Positions 30,201 to 38,584 of a stretch of 64,000 bases of DNA are shown one piece after another (within the stretch, counting starts at the first letter, position 1; every line of letters starts with the position of its first letter). The notes under the pieces were generated by a model that worked only from the letters and a program-made list of their open reading frames with translations, was not told the DNA's origin and did no database searches. This stretch comes from Alphaproteobacteria bacterium (GTDB taxonomy: Bacteria; Pseudomonadota; Alphaproteobacteria; CAAHEQ01; UBA3637): positions 1,067-65,066 of the forward strand of contig JAZSGT010000017.1 in the NCBI GenBank assembly GCA_045532865.1, written 5' to 3'. Position numbers and translations under genes: made by a program.

Positions 30201-30391
30201 AGGCGTAAATTTCCAGAAGGGGAAATATAAGATTCAACTTGAGGCAATAAAAAGCTTAAGTCAACCGGTTCTTTTTCAAGTTTATAATACAAAACACCAA
30301 TTAAACTAGCAACTAGAAGAACCAATAACAAACAAAAATATTTTAATCCTTTTAAAAATAATCTTAGTGGTTTGTTTATTTTCTTTTTCAT
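27242..30391 (-). CDS. AsmA-like / YhdP-family large envelope protein (DUF3971-like)
   Basis: 1049 aa with one N-terminal TM anchor and a long beta-rich body. The C-terminal ...LVGVKYDLTGTPGNPRVSFNPLSSIAPGILGRFF resembles the YhdP-family C terminus. Confidence 0.7.
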   Translation of the reverse strand: MKKKINKPLRLFLKGLKYFCLLLVLLVASLIGVLYYKLEKEPVDLSFLLPQVESYISPSGNLRLSADSIILNASATRLGLFHVQVDNLKIKDKQNLTIIELPNVKISYGILQLLSLNPIPKTVYIEQAYLHVTLTKDGRFILEDQDGITAYSTPIDFLNNETKPVVVDHQAIIINDFVEPLDLFLKIRRFTLKDSSLVLNDLKENKKIVFPNLNLTLKRRRFFQYDIDSTAKVIIQNNEPMQLSLKGKLKSSSKSLSFNAEFDHFKLDEIGRAFELFKGFKVTLKGYINGEMDFSQKNATLQNIVKKMDFSIETTNTGSVYLPHPLDIVYPIKKITAQGVFSEGLNKLMLQSAEVALITGLKADVSILIEGIGNFFDTNNINDIQTTINARLKNIPMGEVSNVWPSYLGTTAHAWVKENLIGGEASTALFTLYFTGSEITDLIGDIDFKDVTVHYLRPLSPVEKVGGKVMLYPDRVEIFANTGQLGNIRLDVGNVYLTELLDDISNAKIELNVTGPVNEMLEIVDSKPFDLIKSFGLEPQKTSGLANGQVILNFPLIEDLKPIDVRADVKASIQNGKIELPFDQLMLDAAYLGLEVNNEGLKVEGNAQVFETPFKLKWEEFFDVSKANQKQSIYEISGLLSDSLLEPYYKDITAFLNGHFYTNMKIEKLYDGTYNFDISSDLTPSNVSIYPLTYFKNSGKKAVLKNEFSILPEKGLTDIIFDYKEGEKVHIKGKSHVEKGGFSLFLDGVETEDSSFNGSIEYYQKEFLKVNLKGSSWNLSGLKDFPLIKNSLPNPRAEQKMTPIGGNNLSEIYFDVNLDSLTLRKGMPLKQVSLKAYRNGTLWQNLFLFAMGREAVSVNLTPKKGTLDALTNDVGDLLNRLGFSDQFEKGSAKIEAKVLPNGGFSGELTLKDINLKKPGFVMQAITILGIWDALSGNDLSFSNGSIPFDLSPNFTFFIRDGVAYGTALGITFSGRASFSALSISGSVVPAYIINSLPGRIPIIGHLFKDSKGGGLVGVKYDLTGTPGNPRVSFNPLSSIAPGILGRFFK

Positions 30392-31395
30392 AAAACACTC
30401 TCAATTAATTTAGATAAGTATAAAAACATATAGCAAAAAATTCCAGCACTTAAAGGGGCAACTATCCATGAAGAAACAACTTGCCCCACAACTTTTAATT
30501 TAAGTCCGTCAATTCCTTTTGCCAAGGCTATTGCAACAATTGATCCTATAACTGCTTCTGATAATGGTACCGGAAGTAAAGGAAATGAAGGCAAAGATAA
30601 ACTTGTTAAAACCGATTTAAGCGTAACACTTGAAAAACAAAACAATGTCAAAGCACTTGCAAAGATGGTTATAAAAGCCTCAATTGGCGATAAAGGGAAC
30701 ATTCCACTACTCACTGTTTTAATTACACGTTTATCCGCACTATAAAAACCAACAGCGACGGCAAGAGCCGTCAATGAGAACAAAAGATTAGTCATATCTT
30801 TATTAACTGAAATATAAGGTCCTGCTATACTTGCAATATTATTTGCACCTAATGCATAAGCAGAAAAAGCCCCAACAATCAACAATCCAAAACGAACAAA
30901 CATATCTCTATGCAACAATTTTACAGGATGCTTTTTCAATAAATATTTAAACATCCAAAATAAAATAAAAGCTATAGCGCCAGACAAAAAAGGTGTATAA
31001 ATCCACCCCATAAAGCTCTTCACAACCAATTTTGTATCAATTAAAAGTTGATTAAAAATATTTAATGCAATCAAAGCGCCCGTACTTGTTTGTGTGATAG
31101 ATGCTGGAATTCCAACCATACTTAACAGGTAAATAACACATCCTGCCGAAACACAAACAAAAAGCGCCTCTTTATAAGAAAAAATTTGCGCTAAATTATT
31201 CACATGCTTTGTTGTTGCATATCCACTGACAAACACACCTAAAAACACAAACAAAGAGGCAAACAAAACAGCTGTTTTAAGCGATATCATTCTTGTTCCA
31301 ATCGCACTACCGAATAAATTGCTCAAATTATTTCGCCCTAACGACCAACCTAAAAAAACAGCACCTAAACAATAAAAAGCATCTATAAAAGACAT
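30388..31395 (-). CDS. PiT-family (inorganic phosphate transporter-like) permease, short form
   Basis: Two internal repeats carry PiT signature-like segments GRNNLSNLFGSAIGT and GANNIASIAGP. Paired with a DUF47 gene upstream. ATGA overlap with the downstream gene. Confidence 0.75.
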   Translation of the reverse strand: MSFIDAFYCLGAVFLGWSLGRNNLSNLFGSAIGTRMISLKTAVLFASLFVFLGVFVSGYATTKHVNNLAQIFSYKEALFVCVSAGCVIYLLSMVGIPASITQTSTGALIALNIFNQLLIDTKLVVKSFMGWIYTPFLSGAIAFILFWMFKYLLKKHPVKLLHRDMFVRFGLLIVGAFSAYALGANNIASIAGPYISVNKDMTNLLFSLTALAVAVGFYSADKRVIKTVSSGMFPLSPIEAFITIFASALTLFCFSSVTLKSVLTSLSLPSFPLLPVPLSEAVIGSIVAIALAKGIDGLKLKVVGQVVSSWIVAPLSAGIFCYMFLYLSKLIESVL

Positions 31396-31411
31396 CTATT
31401 ATTTCCTCTAT

Positions 31412-32077
31412 CTACAAAGAATGCTTCACTGCCATAATGTTCAAAATATCAGCCGTATCCTCAGCTATATCTGATATTTTTTCAATATTATAAATAAACT
31501 CTTTCAACTGAATTTTTCTTGCCAACTCTACGTCTGACTGAAAAACCAATGATTTCAATTGAAGTGCTTGACTGTCAACCAAATGCTCCATTTGATATGT
31601 TTTTTGCGTAAACTCTTTAATTTCTTGTCCATCGAAAAACACTCTAACACCCGAGACCAATGACCCAACGCACTCCAAATCTGTTTGAATCATTTTTAAT
31701 AAGTTTTCACGCAAACTATCTAATAATATAGGTTGTTCAACAGATACAACCAACAAGTTGGATTCATATTTATTAATGACTTTATCACACATTTCAAGTA
31801 ATCTTAAAATATCAGATCTCATATCAGGTAAAATCATATATGCATATAAATTATTTTCAACCAATCTTCTATATGCATCATTTTGTGCTTCCAAATCTGA
31901 AACTTTTTGCATTAAAGATTTAAACTCAACATCCACACCTGAAGTGGCATAGCAATTCATTGCTTGACCATAAAAAATACCCGCTTGGATAATATTGAGC
32001 AAAAATGCTGTAATCATTTTTTCAATTTCATGCGTTTTTTTAAAAACATTCCAACCGAACAAAGTTTGTTTCTTCAT
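31412..32077 (-). CDS. DUF47/TIGR00153 (PhoU-like) protein, usual partner of PiT permeases
   Basis: Helical 221-aa protein in the conserved position upstream of the PiT gene. Start set to ATG 32077 (GAGGA SD 8 nt upstream), 1 nt after the prfB stop. Confidence 0.7.
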   Translation of the reverse strand: MKKQTLFGWNVFKKTHEIEKMITAFLLNIIQAGIFYGQAMNCYATSGVDVEFKSLMQKVSDLEAQNDAYRRLVENNLYAYMILPDMRSDILRLLEMCDKVINKYESNLLVVSVEQPILLDSLRENLLKMIQTDLECVGSLVSGVRVFFDGQEIKEFTQKTYQMEHLVDSQALQLKSLVFQSDVELARKIQLKEFIYNIEKISDIAEDTADILNIMAVKHSL

Positions 32078-32078
32078 C

Positions 32079-33201
32079 TTAAATTTCCTCATTTTTATTA
32101 TCTTTCAGAGACAAACCGGATAAACTAGCACGCATAAATGCATTTAAATTTCCATCCAAGACACCAGAGGTATCTGATGTTTCATAACCAGTTCTCAAAT
32201 CCTTAACCATCTGATAAGGTTGTAATACATAAGATCTAATTTGGTTTCCCCAACCATTATCACCTTTTGCCTCTTCAATGTCACCTTGTATTTGTTGCCG
32301 TTTTTTTAATTCAAGTTCATAGAGCCTTGATTTCAACATATTCCAAGCTTCATCTTTATTTTGAAACTGAGATCTTCCTGTTTGACTTTGCACCACAATA
32401 CCCGTTGGAATATGCGTAATTCTAACAGCACTTTCCGTTCTGTTAACGTGTTGTCCACCAGCACCAGAAGCTCTAAAAACATCAATTCTACAATCAGCTG
32501 GATTAATTTCAATATCAATTGAATCGTCAACAACTGGATACACCCAAATAGATGCAAAACTTGTATGACGTCTAGCATTTGAATCAAATGGTGAAATACG
32601 AACCAAGCGATGAACACCAGATTCATACTTTAACCACCCATATGCATTGGGTCCTTCAACTTTAATTGTTGCCGATTTAATACCTGCCTCGTCTCCTGGG
32701 CTTTCCTCTAACAAAGTAACTTTATATCCATTCTTTTCAGCCCAACGTATATACATACGTTCTAACATACTGGCCCAATCTTGTGATTCAGTGCCACCAG
32801 CACCTGAATGAATTTCTAAAAACGAATCATTTGAATCGCCCTCTTTACTCAACAAGGAAGATAAAAGCATTTCTTCAATTTCAGCATCTAATGCCACAAA
32901 AGATGCCTCTGCTTCAGATAACAAAGCTTCTTCACCTTCAAATTCTGCTAATTCAATCATTTCATACAATGATTTAACTTCATTTTCAATTGATTGAATC
33001 TTTTCAATTTTATCAATTAAACGAGTTCTTTCACTAATCAATTTTTGAGCACGAGAAGGATCATCCCACAAAGACGATTCCTGTGTTAAAGAATCTAATT
33101 CATCTTTTCTAAGTAATGCATTATCCCAGTCAAAGACGGCCTTTCAGCAAATCAATTGCCGTTTGATATTTTTGATAAAAAGATATTATTTCTGTTTTCA
33201 T
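32079..33201 (-). CDS. prfB: Peptide chain release factor 2, with programmed +1 ribosomal frameshift
   Basis: Frame 0, 33201..33133, encodes [23 protein letters not shown] and then reaches in-frame TGA. Skipping nt 33132 continues [26 protein letters not shown]... to the stop at 32079. SPF and GGQ (SGAGGQHVN) motifs are present. Confidence 0.95.
33129..33135 (-). other. prfB +1 frameshift site CTT TGA C
   Basis: The minus strand reads CTT-TGA-C, identical to the classical RF2 autoregulatory slippery site. Confidence 0.9.
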
Positions 33202-33210
33202 TATCTCTCC

Positions 33211-33639
33211 TCAAGATTTTACTTGAACCCCTGTTTGAAAAAAGCCTCTTTTTGTAGCATTTGCTTTCTTGATTAAATCTCTTGACTTTACTTCATCTTT
33301 AGAAGCAACACCTAAATTTTCTTCCAAACAATTCAAACAATAAGAAACATCATAAATAGAGCATTCTTTCGAAACAATTTTAACCATTTTTTTTCGCACA
33401 TCTCCATTTTGCTTCAGTATATGGCGCAATTTCTGAATTTTTTGATCTGCATATTTATCCGTTTCAAAAACCATCAAATCTAAATGATTTGAGTCCTTAT
33501 TTTTATAAACTGGCATATTTTTAAGGTATTCAACAGCACCTATCATCATTAAAAATGCCTCATAAACTATCGGTGATTTTAGCATTTCTTTTGTAGCTTT
33601 TAAAACCAACAACTCATCTGTTTTATTTATTTTTTCCAT
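33211..33639 (-). CDS. Hypothetical protein (142 aa, Lys-rich, helical), orphan B
   Basis: ORF trimmed to ATG 33639 (MEKINK...), 1 nt after the upstream stop. It ends 9 nt before the prfB ATG. I recognise no domain. Confidence 0.55.
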   Translation of the reverse strand: MEKINKTDELLVLKATKEMLKSPIVYEAFLMMIGAVEYLKNMPVYKNKDSNHLDLMVFETDKYADQKIQKLRHILKQNGDVRKKMVKIVSKECSIYDVSYCLNCLEENLGVASKDEVKSRDLIKKANATKRGFFQTGVQVKS

Positions 33640-33640
33640 T

Positions 33641-34120
33641 TTAACTCTTTTCATTCATATGAGAAGAAACCCTTAAAAATTTCCCTACATGACGAACAAT
33701 TCGCCTTGGAAAACTTGGATTTAGATTTTTCAACAATCGATTACAACACTTATTAAAATATTTTTCCTGATCCAACCCTTCTTCATTTAAAATATCTTTA
33801 ACAACTAGCATACAAACTTCTTTTGTTTTCAAAAGAATATCCATTTTGCTTCGTTCATGAGCTAAAATCTTATGATAATTACGAAGCCTATCCGGCAAAA
33901 TACATTCTTCGCGAATAACACTTGCATAATCTCTTGTTTTATCAAAATTTTCTCGTTCTTTTTTCTTTTCAATTCTATCAGAATCTGATGAAATATTATT
34001 TTCATTTTTTTTCAACATCAAATCTTTAACATGATTATAAACCAAAGCAGATCTGAGCAAACGCTTTGCCATTTTCAATTTAGAATCTAACGTTAAATAA
34101 TCAATTAATTCATTTTCCAT
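33641..34120 (-). CDS. Hypothetical protein (159 aa, charged, helical), orphan A
   Basis: Starts 8 nt after the mrcA stop, with an AGGA SD. I recognise no domain. Confidence 0.55.
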   Translation of the reverse strand: MENELIDYLTLDSKLKMAKRLLRSALVYNHVKDLMLKKNENNISSDSDRIEKKKERENFDKTRDYASVIREECILPDRLRNYHKILAHERSKMDILLKTKEVCMLVVKDILNEEGLDQEKYFNKCCNRLLKNLNPSFPRRIVRHVGKFLRVSSHMNEKS

Positions 34121-34128
34121 TTTCTATC

Positions 34129-36522
34129 CTAATATAATCCACCAATTTCTGGGATTGCTTCATCTTTTTCTTCAATAAGATCTTTACCTCCAACAACAGA
34201 TTTTGAAGGAACATCACTATCTGTTGTTTTAAAAGCTTCCTGAATTGTATTACCAGTAGACTGAGGAACACCTGTTGTTGGGTTAACACGAACAAGACGA
34301 ATCCCTTGAGGAACACGGAATGGAGCATCTGGCTTATCTTTCAACGCTTCACTCATAAAATCTCTAAAAATTGGACCTGCCACAACACCACCAGTATCAT
34401 TTGCCCCCAATGTTTGAGGATTATCAAACCCAATCCAAACACCAGCGACTAAATCTGGAGAAAATCCAATAAACCAAGCATCAAAACTATCGTTACTTGT
34501 ACCACTTTTTGCACCCAACGTTCTGCGAACAGCTTTTGCAACTCTCCCTGTTCCTCGTTCAACAACACCTGTTAAAATATTTACCATTTGATAGGCACTA
34601 ACAGGATCCTGAATTTGTTCTCTATCATCAATAATTTCAGGTTTATGTTCAGGACTTGCCAGCTCTCCTGCACAATTTGGACAGGGTCTCATATCATGTT
34701 TATAAATCGTATTACCATCTCTATCTTGAATACGGTCAATTAAATTTGGTGTGATTTTTTTGCCCCCGTTAACAAATGCACCATAAGCTGTTGTTAACTT
34801 CATCAAAGTGGTTTCATGTGCGCCTAAAGCAGATGATAAAACTTCCTGTAAATCATCAGCAATACCAAATTTACGTGCATAGCTTGAAACTTTGCGCATT
34901 CCTATTGATTGGGCTAAACGAATCGTCATTAAATTTCTAGATTTTTCAAGTCCAATACGAAGCGTTGTTGGTCCATAGAATTTTTTGCTATAATTTTTAG
35001 GTTTCCAAACACTTCCATCAGGCAATCTCATCACAATTGGTGCATCTAAAATAAGTGTTGATGGGGTATATCCAGAATCCAATGCAGCTAAATATACAAA
35101 AGGCTTAAAAGACGAACCTGGTTGACGCATAGCTTGAATTCCACGATTGAATTGGTTGCGATAAAAAGAAAAACCACCAACCATTGCCAAAACACGACCT
35201 GTATGTGGATCAAGAGCAATCAAAGATCCTTCTGCTTTGGGTTCTTGTTGCAACAAATAGGTTCCCTCTTTTTCATCCTTCGGACTTACAAAAACAACAT
35301 CTCCTGCTTTTAACACATCAGAAACCTTTTCAACAGGTGTTAAAGAGATTCTTGCATTTTCCAATGCTTTTCGCGCCCATTTTAAAGTTGTTAATAAAAT
35401 TTTACCACTTTTACCATTTGATAAATGAATATCAGCCTCTTTAGACGACACATTTGTTACAACAGCATAAAGCCAATCTTCAGGCACATATGCAGGCACC
35501 TCTTTTTTTTCAAAATCAGCCCTCCAATTTGACGTTAAATCAACTCGTTCAATTGCACCTCTCCAACCATGGCGTTTATCATAATTTAAAAGACCTTCTT
35601 GCAAAGCATTTACAGCTGCCGTTTGTAACTTTGGATCCAAACTTGTTCTGATAAATAAACCACCATTATACATGGCATCTTCACCATATTTATCAACAAT
35701 AAAACGTCTGACTTCTTCAGCATAATATCCATTAATTCGCAAGGCATTTTTAGGGCGTTCTACAACAATCAAATCAGCCTCAACTGCCATTTTTGCATCA
35801 TCTTCAGAGATATATCCATCATCCAACATACGAGATATAACCCAATTTCTTCTCGTTAGAGCTTGTTCTTTTTTACGTATCGGATGATAATTATTTGGCG
35901 CTTTTGGAAGCGCAGCCAAATAAGCAGCCTCAGCAACTGTTAAATCTTTCAAATCTTTGTTAAAATAATTAAGAGCCGCACTTGCTACCCCATAAGCACC
36001 TTGCCCCAAATAAATTTCGTTCAAATAAAGTTCTAAAATATGATCTTTTGTATACGTTTGTTCAATTTTCCTTGCAAGCAAAGCTTCTTTAATTTTTCTT
36101 GCAATTGATTGTTCAGAAGAAAGCAAAAAATTCTTAGCAACTTGCTGTGTAATTGTCGAGGCCCCCATTGGACGACGCCCTGTTCCAATGTTTTTAACAT
36201 TGATAATCATAGCACGTGCAAGCCCCATAAAATCAATTCCTGAATGTTCATAAAAATTTTTATCTTCAGCAGACAAAAATGCATTTACAACCAATGGCGG
36301 TATACTTTCAATTGAAACAAAAGACCTTTTTTCATTTGCATATTCAGCCATTAAGGAACCATCATTTGCATACAATCTAGATGTTACTAAAGGCCTATAA
36401 TCTGCCAATTGCTTGTAGTCTGGCAATCCAACTGAAAAATGTATAACAACAGCAAAACCGATAACAAAAACTATAAAGCAACAAAAAAATGCCAAACTCA
36501 CCAAAGTTGAAAGTATTCTCAT
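34129..36522 (-). CDS. mrcA: Penicillin-binding protein 1A (bifunctional transglycosylase/transpeptidase)
   Basis: GT51 motifs EDKNFYEHSG, GASTITQQ and RKIKE. Transpeptidase motifs SSFKP (SxxK), SRN and KSGTS. Confidence 0.95.
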   Translation of the reverse strand: MRILSTLVSLAFFCCFIVFVIGFAVVIHFSVGLPDYKQLADYRPLVTSRLYANDGSLMAEYANEKRSFVSIESIPPLVVNAFLSAEDKNFYEHSGIDFMGLARAMIINVKNIGTGRRPMGASTITQQVAKNFLLSSEQSIARKIKEALLARKIEQTYTKDHILELYLNEIYLGQGAYGVASAALNYFNKDLKDLTVAEAAYLAALPKAPNNYHPIRKKEQALTRRNWVISRMLDDGYISEDDAKMAVEADLIVVERPKNALRINGYYAEEVRRFIVDKYGEDAMYNGGLFIRTSLDPKLQTAAVNALQEGLLNYDKRHGWRGAIERVDLTSNWRADFEKKEVPAYVPEDWLYAVVTNVSSKEADIHLSNGKSGKILLTTLKWARKALENARISLTPVEKVSDVLKAGDVVFVSPKDEKEGTYLLQQEPKAEGSLIALDPHTGRVLAMVGGFSFYRNQFNRGIQAMRQPGSSFKPFVYLAALDSGYTPSTLILDAPIVMRLPDGSVWKPKNYSKKFYGPTTLRIGLEKSRNLMTIRLAQSIGMRKVSSYARKFGIADDLQEVLSSALGAHETTLMKLTTAYGAFVNGGKKITPNLIDRIQDRDGNTIYKHDMRPCPNCAGELASPEHKPEIIDDREQIQDPVSAYQMVNILTGVVERGTGRVAKAVRRTLGAKSGTSNDSFDAWFIGFSPDLVAGVWIGFDNPQTLGANDTGGVVAGPIFRDFMSEALKDKPDAPFRVPQGIRLVRVNPTTGVPQSTGNTIQEAFKTTDSDVPSKSVVGGKDLIEEKDEAIPEIGGLY

Positions 36523-36784
36523 TATCGTTTTAATCCTTTTTTAGCCGTTATTTACAAAAAAATCCATCTAATTTCACGTTAGAAAATTATACACATCTTT
36601 AAAAAAAATTTCAAGAATAAAATCAATGTGTTTTAAAATATTCTTTCTAAAATATCGCTATTTTCAATAGCTCTAAATTTATTTTTCTCTCTTTAACTTA
36701 TTTTCTTTAAATCAACAAAAAAATATTAAAATAATTCTTTAAAAACTCATGGAATAAAAGACATTATTTTTTTATTTAAAATAT

Positions 36785-36806
36785 AAAAAAACTCCCAAAA
36801 GGGAGT
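36785..36806 (-). terminator. Terminator after tRNA-Leu(GAG)
   Basis: ACTCCC-aaaa-GGGAGT directly past the tRNA 3' end, followed on the minus strand by a T run. Confidence 0.65.
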
Positions 36807-36809
36807 TTT

Positions 36810-36894
36810 TGGTGCGGTTAAGAAGACTCGAACTTCCACGGATCTCTCCACAGCGACCTCAACGCTGCGCGTCTACCAATTCCGCCATAACCGC
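36810..36894 (-). tRNA. tRNA-Leu (anticodon GAG), type II, CCA encoded
   Basis: The reverse complement reads GCGGTTA-TG-GCGGAATTGGTAGACGC-G-CAGCG-TTGAGGT-CGCTG-(long variable arm)-...-TAACCGC-A-CCA. The anticodon loop UU-GAG-GU was folded by hand. Confidence 0.92.
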
Positions 36895-36984
36895 AAAGTG
36901 TAGATGCATTATAAAAAACTTTTTTTAAAAATGCAAGATTTTTTTTCACATCTTAAAAAATATTTATCTCATTTAAAAATAAAA

Positions 36985-37014
36985 AGAGGCAGTATCTAAA
37001 ATGACACTGCCTCT
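36985..37014 (-). terminator. Terminator after the small lipoprotein gene
   Basis: AGAGGCAGT-(12 nt)-ACTGCCTCT with flanking A and T runs, 7 nt from the stop at 37021. Confidence 0.7.
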
Positions 37015-37020
37015 TTTAAC

Positions 37021-37182
37021 TTATTTTCCACAAGGAGAAACAATTTCAGATAATGACAAAACACCAAACAAGTATTGGTTTGTACAAACTTTTTGACCAC
37101 CAATACGACCGCGTTCACCCATACAACCTGACAATGTTGAAACAGCCAAAACAAGAGCCGCAACCATTAACATTTTTTTCAT
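37021..37182 (-). CDS. Small lipoprotein (53 aa)
   Basis: MKKMLMVAALVLAVSTLSGC has a signal peptide plus an L-S-G-C lipobox. The ORF-track start at 37239 is rejected in favour of ATG 37182. Confidence 0.6.
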   Translation of the reverse strand: MKKMLMVAALVLAVSTLSGCMGERGRIGGQKVCTNQYLFGVLSLSEIVSPCGK

Positions 37183-37276
37183 CTTAATATCCTTTCTTTT
37201 TTTATTTACAACATCAACATTACACCAAAATAAAGGCAAATGTCAAATATTATTATATGCATCAAAAAAAGAAAAT

Positions 37277-37735
37277 TTAAGAACTTAAACTTTCTAAAAT
37301 AACAGTTCCTTTTTTCTGACGAGCAGCCATATATTGTTTGCGAAGCGAATCCCTTACTTTGTGAGGCTCTCTAATTTTATGCATTTTTAACAATCCCGTT
37401 TTATCTGTTGAATTGATATAAATATCCCCAATATCAGCCCATACATCTATCATTGATTGCGATGCAGAACTATCCACTATTCTGAACAACTCAATTTCAT
37501 CAACATCTTTTGAAAAAATCCCTGAAATAATTACCAATCGTTGCGATGTCAAAACATAACTGTGATAAATTCGATTATAGTGTAACGCTATTAAAAAAAT
37601 ACCACAGGTAACAATTGTTAAAATCAAATAAAAAATATTAAATTTAACATCTCTGATAGACCCTGTTACTTCCCAAATAAAAGTTTCATCTTTATCAATA
37701 ATACTTTGAATTATTCGATCATTTAAACTCATCAC
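37277..37735 (-). CDS. Membrane protein with a bacterial PH (bPH_2/YdbT-like) domain
   Basis: Two TM segments followed by YVLTSQRLVIISGIFSKDVDEIELFRIVD...IGDIYINS, typical of the bPH_2 family. Confidence 0.6.
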   Translation of the reverse strand: MMSLNDRIIQSIIDKDETFIWEVTGSIRDVKFNIFYLILTIVTCGIFLIALHYNRIYHSYVLTSQRLVIISGIFSKDVDEIELFRIVDSSASQSMIDVWADIGDIYINSTDKTGLLKMHKIREPHKVRDSLRKQYMAARQKKGTVILESLSS

Positions 37736-37944
37736 ATGTCTCCTTACACACTGTTTTTCCTATTGGTACCATATCAAGACAAAAAACTCAAGAATTTTAT
37801 TCACACATATTAAAATATAAAAAAAGACATACCACACATAACAGAATATTTTTTTTGTAATTTTTTCAAACAGTTACCTAGACAACCCCTTTTTTCATAC
37901 CTAATGTAAACTTGCTTCAGTTTATTTTAAGAAAGGAGATTAAA

Positions 37945-38532
37945 ATGAAGAAACATTTATTATCAGGCTTTGCTGCTGCACTTATGTTATTTGCAGCAAC
38001 ATCAGCTTCTGCATACGATTTTAGCAAGCCTTATGTATTAGCAGAAGGTGGTTATTCAATGGGTACAAATGCCAATGGTGATGCAGGTATTTTAGGTGTC
38101 GGCGCTGGGTATCATATCAACAAATATTTCCGTACAGACTTAACCGTTGGCTACCGTGGTTGGGGTAATGTAGATATGCGTGCAGACAGAAGTAAAAAAA
38201 CTGATGTTTGGTCCATTCCTGTTTTAGCAAACTTTTATTTATCATACCCATTAACACAAAAATTTGATGTATATGGTATGGCAGGTCTTGGTATGGCTTG
38301 GAACAAAACAGATGATATGCCAGATGCAAAAGGTGCAACAAAAAGTAATTTTGCTTGGACAATTGGTGCAGGTATTGAACACATGTTCACAGATTGCATG
38401 GCTTTAGATCTTGGCTACCGCTACTCAGATCTTGGAGAAGCTCGCGTCAAATCACGCGCAGGATACACAGGAAAAAGCAAAGAAGATATGCGTTCTCACG
38501 ACATCAAATTAACAGCAAGATATTATTTTTAA
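37945..38532 (+). CDS. Small outer-membrane beta-barrel protein (Omp25/OmpW-like size class)
   Basis: Signal peptide ending SASA-Y, alternating beta-strand pattern and a C-terminal aromatic signature ...TARYYF. Start at ATG 37945 after GAAAGGAG. Confidence 0.8.
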   Translation: MKKHLLSGFAAALMLFAATSASAYDFSKPYVLAEGGYSMGTNANGDAGILGVGAGYHINKYFRTDLTVGYRGWGNVDMRADRSKKTDVWSIPVLANFYLSYPLTQKFDVYGMAGLGMAWNKTDDMPDAKGATKSNFAWTIGAGIEHMFTDCMALDLGYRYSDLGEARVKSRAGYTGKSKEDMRSHDIKLTARYYF

Positions 38533-38553
38533 GACTCCCACTTAAAGATAAAC

Positions 38554-38584
38554 GTGCGTGGTATTCTTAAGCAATACCACGCAT
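38554..38584. terminator. Bidirectional hairpin terminator at a convergent junction
   Basis: GTGCGTGGTATT-cttaagc-AATACCACGCAT, between the OMP stop (38532) and the rluD stop (38585). Confidence 0.75.

Noticed and set aside
32079-33201. prfB could be read as a 5'-truncated or frameshifted pseudogene, since the ORF track shows only a 330-aa fragment.
   Set aside because: The break is the canonical CTT TGA C programmed +1 frameshift site, and the joined product has a normal RF2 N terminus. It is a functional gene.
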